A DNA stretch of 64,000 nucleotides from Octopus sinensis. Lineage: Eukaryota. Under the pieces are notes generated by a model that was given only the letters and a program-made list of their open reading frames with translations, was not told the DNA's origin and searched no databases. The position numbers were made by a program, and so were the translations under genes. The stretch is from assembly GCF_006345805.1 (NCBI RefSeq), contig NC_042997.1, positions 64,046,001 to 64,110,000 of the forward strand, written 5' to 3'. Shown piece after piece: positions 53,511-64,000 of the stretch (within the stretch, counting starts at the first letter, position 1; each line of letters begins with the position of its first letter).

Positions 53511-55427
53511 CACGTATACATATATATATATATATGTGCGTGTGTGTGAGTGTGCGTGCGTGCGCGCACATGTCTACGAACGTGCATACATATGTGCCAG
53601 AGATTGTTTATACACTCGTGTGACCGAATTAAGGCTCGGACGGTCAGATTCCTAATTTCGAAGTTCCTAATGAGGATAAAGTAGACCAGCAGAACAAGAA
53701 ACGCTTTGACGAAGTGAATGACAAAGAGCACAAGCAACAATAAATAGCATACATTATTCATATAATCTGTATTCTTTTCCTCATTTCAGTAAGTGAACTT
53801 TGGTTATGCTACCTTGAAGGGAGTACTTGAAAACGTTATTTTAGAATCAGGTACTTATCCAATCAGTCTCTTTTACCGAACAATGAAGTTACAATGGCGT
53901 AAATAAACTAAAGTCGGTTTTCAAGTGATAGTGCGGGACAACCACTAACACATATATACGTACGTATACATGCATATACATCACAACGTCTTTTATTTTT
54001 CCTCTACCAAATTCACTCACAAAGCTTTGATCGTCTGGTAGCTATGTATTTCAGAAAACAAGTCCAACGTGTCACGCTGTAGGGTTGAACCCGGAACCAT
54101 GGAGTTAGAAAGGAAAAGTTTTACGGCCCGGCCTAGTCTGCACCTACATATTCACATTACAATTTGAAGATAGGCTTCAAATATTCGCCACTGCTTGATG
54201 TTATATTGCACGTTGTGAAAACAGGCGCATATATTGAGGCAATAATTATACATAACAAAGAAGCAAAAATATGACAAGAAACATGAAACATTAATAACTT
54301 CAATCTGGAAAACCTGAAAATATTTGTGCGAAAGATATAACAAAGAAGCAAAAATATGACAAGAAACATGAAACATTATTAACTTCAATCTGGAAACCCT
54401 GTGCGAAAGATAAGTGACCAAGGCCAAAGAAGCAGCTCACGTATTTATGATAATACACAGGCATCAATAAAAACATATTAATGAAGAAAGGGGTAATTAC
54501 TAATAGTAGGGTGAACATCAGGGAAGGGAGGAATGCGAATTCAAATGCAAAAATATGTTAGTAAAATGGATGTCAATTTAGGAATTGTGGAATATAGGAA
54601 AAGGGAAGAGAACGAAAAGAGAAATGTGAGTAAAGAAACATAATGGATAGGGCTGTTCTGTCGGTTCGCAGCAATTTTGTTTGAGGGGTTTGTAGAAGAG
54701 GTGGGCTGATCAAAAAACCTATTAGAAAGTATAAGAAAATAGCAAGCTGCCGTTCTTTAATATGTTGGCCGAGTAGTTTCTTGTCTGATTGCATGCGTAT
54801 ATGAAGCACACGGTCTACTGACTATGATTTCCGGTTCACGACCTTAGAATCGTAATAAGGACTGAGCCAGATACTTCATTTTAATTGTTGGAGTTCACTA
54901 AAATGAAAAACGAGTGCCACCGTACGGTTTATGTATCCTGTTAGGTCGTGTCATGAGTGATAGAATCCGCAGAGCGTGAGTGTGTTCACATGCGCCTACA
55001 TCGCATTAATTATGACATCGACGCACTTAGCTCTTTCTGGATTTCAAGTGTTACTGGTTACTGAATATTCTATCTACGCTAAAAATCCTCGCATATTAAG
55101 GAAATAAGGAAAAACAATTTCATAAATAATGTGCCAACGGAAAGAAACACCAACGGCGTTTTAAATATAGTAAAAAAATCGATCGAACACTATGGCATTT
55201 ATACCAGATTCCTGACTCCCGCCACGACAAAACACTGTATAACATTAGAATACAAAAATTCGCAGTACTCAGCTGATGATCTGATGTTGTACGGAGATCA
55301 GAGCCATAGATAATATTCATAACGAAACAAAAATAGAAAAAAGCCATAAAGGCAGTAACAGTTTATCACACCAGGTTTTACATTATACAGTCGTTACCAT
55401 TACATGACGAAGCACCTTCAAATAACC

Positions 55428-55490
<63 letters not shown>

Positions 55491-55493
<3 letters not shown>

Positions 55494-55760
55494 TGAGTTG
55501 AAGAAATGGAGCTGAACGCAGATTGAACAGAAATCGTTTTATTTCATTCTACACTAGAAATAAAACGATTTCTGTTCCATCTGCGTTCAGCTCCATTTCT
55601 TCAACTCACCAATAATGTTTTAATTTCAATTATCCGCACAAACGCACGGTTGCAACACCATATGGTTGTACCTCCAACCGTGCTGTTTACTGCTGTGATT
55701 TTTGCTACTAAGGTATCGGTTAAACTTTTGATTAATCTACTACAAGATTATTCATCTTTC

Positions 55761-55765
<5 letters not shown>
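55491..55765. repeat. (TA)n-flanked element starting with a near-perfect 121-nt hairpin
   Basis: Arms 55491-55545 and 55557-55611 match at 54 of 55 positions, with an 11-nt loop. Confidence 0.85.
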
Positions 55766-55824
<59 letters not shown>

Positions 55825-56002
55825 TATATATTATATATATATTATATATATATATGTGTGTGTGTATATATATGTATGTATGTATATATGTATGTATACA
55901 TATATGTGTATATGTATGTATACATATATGTATATATGTATATATATATATATATACATGTATACATATATATAAATATAGATGTATATGTATAGTTGTG
56001 TA

Positions 56003-56060
<58 letters not shown>

Positions 56061-58863
56061 TACATACTTATATACACACATACATATATAAATATATATG
56101 AATATTTGCGTATATATATACATTTGAATAATGAGAAAGACGGGGCAGTATTTCTTGTGTTCTTATCTTTGGTCAACTTCAGAGACAGTAAGTTATTTAT
56201 TTCTTACGTCTGATTTATTTATTTAACTTATTCCAGATCCTTTATGAAAAATGAATTGTAGCTTTGGCTATTTTATGCAATCCAGTTTGCATGAATCAGT
56301 GTTGTAGCTAAAACAATATCAAACACAATATAAAGCCGGTGATACACCGAATATTATTTATGATTTTATGTGAGAGTGCGTAGTGTAGTCCGTAGCTAAT
56401 TATAGATATGGTGTCACTTGAAATATGTAAGATTTGATCGGACGTTGTCATTCGTCTAACTATTTGCATGCAATTAAAATATGTGTGTATTTTAAACACG
56501 TATCTCTTCAACTGTAGATTTAAACAGACACGCATTATACAAAAAAGGCAAGCTGTCTCCAGATGATGAGGTAAGGAAACGGCAATGTTAGTCGTTCTAT
56601 TTCCTACCCATGAATAGCTCTGTAAAGCATGGAAACAAGTTGCAAAGGAAGTGGTCATACTTCAGATTTAATAAGCATAAGCTTTCTAGTGCGAGCAATA
56701 TCAAGACGAATATTTTCGCAAACACATGTAGAAACAAACGTAGTCTTACGCACACAAACGCACACACTATCATACACACACGCTTCTTGGTTACGGTAAA
56801 GGAATTTTCAAGTATAAATACTTTTTACTAACAGAATGTACTTGATACTCATGGTGGTATCAAATATAGAAGCTTAATGGATAAGGCCTGAATTTCCACC
56901 AAGGTCACTTTCCAATGTTCTTTATAGATAAGGAAATGCATGTATGTATGTACGTATGTATGTATGTACGTATGTATGTATGTATTTATGTATGTATATA
57001 TGTATGCATGTATGTATGTATGTATGTATGTATACGTATGTACTTATGTAGGTATGTATGTTTGTTTAATTATTTATAATGCACACACACGCGCACACGC
57101 ACATATGTATCTAGATGTGTGCATTGTGTATGTATGCATGTATGTAGGAATATATATAAGTATGAATGAGTGTTGTTAGCAATTTGGATGAGTTTATACT
57201 AAGAAAATGACAACACAAAGTTGAATTGAGACGGAGAGCAAGAAAAATATTTATACGTATATACAAACATATCCAAACACTTAAGCATATATATGCACTT
57301 ACATATCTATATATTTGCCTTTGTGCGAGCGTGTGCGCACATATAAGGGTGTGCATGTTTGTGTATATATACACAAACATGTTCACACACATATACATAT
57401 CTAGAACATTGGGCTTAAAACCATTTGGGTTAAATGAGTGTGTGCGTGTGTGTGTATGCGTGAGTGTGTATATTGCTTTTACATATTGATATTTCCAAAC
57501 TTTTATAGCTTCATACATTTCTGTGTATAGGTCCGTATGTGCATGTATGATTAATGAAAGAGCAATCGAATTATTTTATCTGCCAAGACTTGAATTGTGA
57601 AACTGCATATCACAATTTGGTGACTCACTCACAAACAATTTGTTAGATATCAGAATGTCAAACAGAAAATCACTTGAGGCGAATTTAATTGCTAGGCTAC
57701 TAGGATACGCTTTCCTTTAAAAGCCTCTAGCCCTGGGGTGTAGAACAGCATGCTATCATATCTATTTGCTATGAAGTCTTGACATATGCAGTAGAGTAGA
57801 TGTCATATCCGTTTCACAAGACGTAAAAACAGCAATAGTGGAATGAATTGTAAATCATATAACGAAAGGAATTGTAAATCATATAACGAATGATTTAATG
57901 AAAACATATCACCTATCTTCATTCATGACATCGAAGCAAACTCTAAAATATATACAGAAGTTTTAATAGACACATACACGTTTATACATATACACAGCCT
58001 CAGGCACACCTACTGGCAAATGCAGACATATAATATGTTAGTATATACACCCCCCACACACACTCATATTTGTTAGGCGTATCTCAGCTAGACGAATGAA
58101 TGCACTTTTATATGATGTACGGGCGTATATATGTGTGAGTGTGTCTGTCTGTGCATTTATACAAAACGGTAATAACATATGGTAACATAGTGTAGGACCG
58201 AAAACTTTATAGAATAAGAGTAGACACGAAGACGACAAATGTAAAGAAGGAGGAGGAGTAGGAGGAAGGGATATTTTGTGTAGTTGATGTTGATTAAGGT
58301 AGGTTAGGTAGGTGTTAATAGATAATGAAAATACTAATGACAGCATTCTGCGAATTAGTTTTCACATAATAAATTGAATTTGACTGAAGACAGTGAAGGA
58401 GGTACTGTCAGATATGGGTATCCTTTGGGATGTGGGGAAAAAGGGCTTGTGAATGTACTGGTTGCAGATATTTTGTTGTCCAGTGTTCTATGGTGTGGGC
58501 AGAGGAAGTAAAACTAAGGTTGTTTTACATTCCTAGTTGCCACTCAACGTTTACTGAAACTGTAGATCATGTTTGCCTTCAAAAATAATGAACATTATAT
58601 AGAGTCGGGAGAATACTTTATACACATAGGAGACAAGACAACGTCTCTTGGATTAGTCTCAGTGAAGTAACTGGTCAACGAACGGGGACAACATAATATA
58701 CAAATGGATCGCTACTTGCTTGAAAGATATGACAATATCTGTATTATTAGGCTTAACTGAAACAGCTGTAAGGGACCATGTTTGATTTTTGCAGATAATA
58801 AATCTGTATTAAATGTTGTATCTGCATTTTCTTACTTACTTTTGAACGTGTGTATATATATGT

Positions 58864-58992
58864 CTATGTATGTATGTATGTATGTATGTATGTATGTATG
58901 TATGTATGTATGTATGTATGTATGTATATATGTGTGTGTGTGTATGTGTGTATGTATGTATGTATGTATGTATGTATGTATGTATTTATGTA
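58864..58992. repeat. (TATG)n microsatellite
   Basis: Direct reading; a similar tract lies at 56939-57060. Confidence 0.9.
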
Positions 58993-59044
58993 TGTGCAGA
59001 TTTGTATGTTTTATGTATGTTACATATCTAGACATGCTCATATA

Positions 59045-60880
59045 TATTTAAAGGATAAACGTCTGGAAGGTTTTACAGATTTTTACAGGCCTAGTGATGG
59101 ATTGGATTTGTAGCCTTCGAATTAGCTTTCTCCTTTCTGGTTTGAGCAGCCTAATTTCTCAAGATTGGCAATTAGGTGGTGTGTTACGTACCCTAGGGCC
59201 CCAGTAATTACAAGTACAAACCTGATCTTGTAATCTGGATAGAGTAGCTGTAGATTTCTCAATACTTCAGCATAGGTGTTCTCTTTCTCACTGATCTTCA
59301 GCTTTATGTAAACATCAGCTAATTTCCACAACCGTGCACAGTTCCTCTACTCTATCCCAAATCATTATATCAGGTCTGTTGTGCTTGTATTTTATTGAGG
59401 TACATTCCATCAGTCTTCCTTTTCATTACCAGTGGCTTTGTCCTTTACCATATTGTTGATTTTATTTCTTGTCCTCGGGATTATCCTTCCGACGGATTCC
59501 ATTATAGATTGTCCTAGCTACACCGTCATGTCTCATCGGTAGATATACCGTGATGGCATTTTTGGGCAATTGTTTATGATGTGGATGTTATCTTCAGTGT
59601 GAACTCCACAAACTCTTCATCGATTGTCACATTTTACGGCTTTTGCCGCATCTGTATCCCTTTTGTATTTAGTTGATATTTCCTGTTCCTGGATTGCAAA
59701 CACATACCCTTCAAAGTGGGAGGTAATAATCCGACTATTCGGCCATGATAAACTACTTTGATGATCAATGTTACTGTTATGACGGAGTTTTCTACAAACA
59801 CATCGATTCATAGTCTCCTGCTCATATAGACCCATTCTTTCATCTGATGATACATTGCGGTAGAGTCGTGCGACTCCTTTGGGCATGTATTCTAGATAAT
59901 CAGACAAAAAGAGTGTTGCTCAAGGAGCTGCCTTCCAAGTCTTATGAAGTTATCAGCTTCATGTATGCAAACTTAGTCAAGGGATGCACTTCGAGGTTTG
60001 GTGGTGAAAAGAGGTTGCCGGAGGGATATGATGCGACATTTAAAGGCATTTTGGATCGATGTTAAGCCTCTACCGCCATGTTTACTTTTTTGGTCGAGCC
60101 GTTCTACATCACTGTTTATTTGGAAATTATGCGTACTTGCTAGTATTTTTCGGGTTTTCACATCAAGGGCTCGGATCTCTTCAAGCGTCCAGTCAAGCAG
60201 TCCAAATGTTGGTATGAGTACTGGCACTGCAAACACATTGTGGACCACTGTTTTCTTGAATGCACAAAGTTCTGAGGTTCAAATTTTCTTTATTCGGATG
60301 TAATAGTCTTTAGAGACACGTGTTTCGTTATAGGTACCACTGTAAAATATATTTTCATTCACCCCTAGATACCTGTAACATTCCTCGCCAGATACAGGGA
60401 AGCAGTCAAATCATTGACAGTGTTGCTACTAGCCTGGTTTATAGTTTTTCCCCTTTTCACAACTATATAACAACATTTATCTACATCCTTTGAGAAAGTT
60501 GTAACTAGGTCAAGGCTTTTTTTCATCTTATGCATATTCTTTGCAGAAAGATTTAAGTCATCTCCAAAGAAACAGAGTATAATTTTAGTATTTCTGTTTC
60601 CTTGTGAACCAGTGAGATACTTCAGACTTCCTTAACATAAATGACAAGGGGTTTACAGAAAGTATAAACAACATCACAGAGAGGCTGTCTCCTTGGAATA
60701 TGCCTTTGGGATATTGTACTCTATCGGTGATAATACAGTCACACATTGTGTTTAATTTCAAGATGATGGCCCTACGAAGAAGTCAGGTCAGCTATGGCTT
60801 TGACTATTCTCACTGAAACTTTAGCAATTGAAGGGCTTCTAGCGTCCATGAATGGGGAACAGAGTCAAATCTAGCCACAT
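59045..60880 (-). mobile_element. Older RLE-clade LINE relic (third family)
   Basis: FDSVPHSW, GIFQGDSLSV, DVERLD..KHGGRGLTSIQ, EGYVFAIQEQEIST and VITGALG. Confidence 0.8.
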
Positions 60881-61511
60881 TGAAACTATGTATGTATGTA
60901 TATATGTATGTATGCATGTATGTGAATGTATGTATGTAGGTATTTATGTTTATACAGAGTAGTTGTACGAACAGGGATTTAAATCAATGGTATAAAAATA
61001 CCATTCAAAATACATTATTCATATATTGTTATTTCTTTGAAAAGGAGTGAATAAGTTCATGTTAAAAAAAAAATCTAAGAATGTGAACGGTCAACAATCT
61101 CAAGAAGAAAGAATTTTGAAATCTTATGCCAATAAGGACAATTCTCACTATTGACAAGCGGAGAGCTATTGGCATGCTGCTGTGCTGACGTCCCAATATC
61201 CGTCATCAGCTTAGTATTTGAGTTAACATATCTCTTGTAGAATTCACATATACAAAAATCGACAAAAACACATTTATAGCCTAAGGTAATTAACACAACA
61301 AAATGAAAAATGAAGAGAAATGACTCAGAATGACCACTGGCAAGAATATGGACTACAAAGATGGTTAAGGTCATATTAAAAACCATATAACGAAAGTTTT
61401 TAATTCTCCGTTATAATAGATTAAGAGACAAATGACTCAAGGAACCTTTAATATATTATAGGCACAAAGTCAATATATTATTAGGTATATGATGTGTTCA
61501 AAACTCAGAAA

Positions 61512-61664
61512 CAGTAACGTCTCGATATGCGAATTAATTCATTCCTGGAGAATGTTTGTAAAGCGAAAACTCGTAAACAGGAAATAAAACTCGTAAACAG
61601 GAAATAACAACTCGTAAACCCGTAAGTCTCGTAAAGCGGGCCCCCGTAAAGTGAGATATTACTG
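61512..61664. mobile_element. pogo/Tigger-like MITE candidate
   Basis: Ends cagtaacgtctc / gagatattactg with internal repeated ctcgtaaa motifs; no TA TSD seen. Confidence 0.4.
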
Positions 61665-62210
61665 TTTTTCGATATATTTCTATATGTACTGAAAGATCAG
61701 GCATATAATATCAAGGAAGTTGATGAGGTATAATTAGTTAACCAGATGGTTAACACGTTGGTGGGAATTCTTATCTAAGTGTATCAGGTAGTTCTCAGAA
61801 GTTGGAATAAGAAGAGATGAGTTAGGATGGAGAGTGAAAAGATTGCTACTTAACAGGTGAGAATGGATGCAGTGCTAAGAGAGGTCAAGAACGATACTGT
61901 GCAAGAGGAAGAGGTAGAGAGAGGGGGGAATAGTGTGAGGGACAGAAGGGAAAGAGAGGGAAGACAGATGTAAGGAAAGAAGGGAGAGGGCGAGAGAGAG
62001 AATGACGGATATGGCAATCGATTAGCGCTTTGTTCACAACTTGTAACACCGTAAATTAAATGGTCATTCATACATCAAAAGTTAATTGAACATTATCACG
62101 GCGACGTCCAAATTCAATGCACACACAAACACACACACACACACACACACATACAAATATATATAAATAAATAGCACGCCCACACATAATTGTCAGATGT
62201 ATAAATATAA

Positions 62211-62271
<61 letters not shown>

Positions 62272-62674
62272 CCATACATATGTCTGTATGTACACATGTA
62301 CGCATATATGTATGTGCATGTGAATGTGTGTAATAATATAGCAATTATCAATACAGCTACCAGTTTATGGCTATTTGTAATTCATCTTTACAATAAAAAC
62401 CTAAGTATTGTGGCATGCTGAGTCTTCCGAACTATGTCAGGGAATTAAGTTACGATAAAATGTCTTACGGCTTCAAACGCATGCTTGCTTGTGTAAATAT
62501 ATATATTTGTATGTGTAAGTACATGAATGCTTATGTGCTTTTGTGTATGCGTATACTTGCACATGAGCTCAGGTGTATGTTCATATGGGTATGAATGTGA
62601 TATGTGTGTATGAGTGTTATATGTGTATGTGTATATGAGTGTTTATGAGTGTAGGTAAGTAAATGAATATTTAC

Positions 62675-62719
62675 CTGATTGAGCCAGCAGTTTGTTGTAA
62701 GTATTTGGTTTCTCTCATC
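62675..62719 (-). CDS. nAChR alpha subunit, internal 45-nt exon (DERNQILTTNCWLNQ, loop D)
   Basis: Minus strand reads ttttctctttcag|GATGAGAGAAACCAA...CTCAATCAG|gtaaat, phase 0/0. It matches the conserved DE[KR]NQ.LTTN.W exon of nAChRs and splices in frame to 38539-38648. Confidence 0.93.
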
Positions 62720-63445
62720 CTGAAAGAGAAAAGAGAATAATGTAACGATCAAACTTCAAACTGGAGACAGTATTATCGAAAAGCATAGAATACTATTTCG
62801 TTATCTATATTTAAGAATATTTATGAAGAAAAGTGAATACAGTACATATGAATGAATGGATGCGAAAGTGAGAGAGAATCAAGAAAAATGAATAAGGAAT
62901 ATTAAGAGAAAAACAAAAGGAAGTAGGAAGGCAGAGAATACTTTGAAGCACAATCCCAATCTTATATTGCTGCGAGACAAATACGCACTGAAGATAGCCA
63001 AGGCTACGGATTTCCTTTAACATTGTAATCATTATATATTAGAAGAAATACAAATAGCAAAACACTATATTTTCTCTTGTTTGAAATACCACACTACATA
63101 TCCAACATGAAACTAATAAACTAGTCAATTTTTGTTTGTTTTTACGCATGCACGTATTTTCAAAGTATACTGTAATTGCCGATCTGTCTGTCAGTGTGCC
63201 TAGTGGCCTTTCTCTCACTTGCTCTAATGTCACCCTGCCTCCCTCTTTTCCTCTCCCTCTCTATCTCTATCTACCTATCTAACTATCTATATATCTATCT
63301 ATCTACAGTTATGTGTCCCTGAGCATGCGCGCACTTATCGACATATATACATACATATATATATATATATATATATGCAAATACATATATATACATACAT
63401 ATATATAGATGTATGCATGTATATATATATATTCATATATATATC

Positions 63446-63489
<44 letters not shown>

Positions 63490-64000
63490 CATATATACAT
63501 ATGTATATCTATATCTATATATATATATATAAGCACATATGCACAAAATACATTTATATGTGTGTGTGTTTATGTGTTTGTGTGTGTGCTTGTGTCTGTG
63601 TTCCTGTGTGCAAAGTGTACATATATGTATATTTTATATTTTACGCACTTATTTATGCAATATAACACGAGACCAAAGAGGCAGAAAAGAAATAAGAGCG
63701 GATATACGTATCATATTATTCACACATACAAGCACAGACACTCACTCACACACACATGCGGTTACACACTCACACGCACACGCATACGCACTCATACATA
63801 TACAGCACTGGTGTATACTTCAAAAGAAAAGTGTTAGTTATGCAGGTCACAGAACATCTATTGATTGCATCGGTGCAAGTCATTGTGATAACTATTTACA
63901 GATATCTTTCACTATTTGTATTTTGGAAATATACATTCAATCAGATATATTTGGCCTATAACCAATATATACGTCCGTTGTGATCTGCATCAAAATAGGG

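Overview
AT-rich, microsatellite-saturated animal genomic DNA. The SINE, LINE and microsatellite style suggests an octopod cephalopod; this is an inference and the species cannot be determined here. The only host gene I can support is a nicotinic acetylcholine receptor alpha subunit on the minus strand. Three internal exons are present with canonical AG/GT sites and matching phases: 62675-62719 (45 nt), 38539-38648 (110 nt) and 27924-28462 (539 nt). They join into one frame running from loop D through the Cys-loop, the YxCC loop C, M1 and M2 to the M2-M3 loop. The upstream exons and the M3/M4 exons were not found. Everything else is intronic repeat DNA: (1) a near-intact R4/Dong-type (RLE) non-LTR retrotransposon, two young truncated or rearranged copies and several older relics, concentrated in (TAA)n tracts; (2) an unclassified ~550-bp element that also sits in (TAA)n; (3) Penelope-like element (PLE) fragments with GIY-YIG and YVDD motifs, hammerhead-like cores and foldback arms, often anchored in (TA)n; (4) mariner, RTE, hAT, piggyBac-like and Tc1/pogo-like relics and tRNA-derived SINEs. 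The most interesting signals are a twin-priming-type inversion in an RLE element and the apparent split of microsatellite targets between two retroelement groups. Also notable are long inverted repeats that bracket a receptor exon and could form dsRNA in the pre-mRNA. Identities were judged by eye; no alignments or searches were run.
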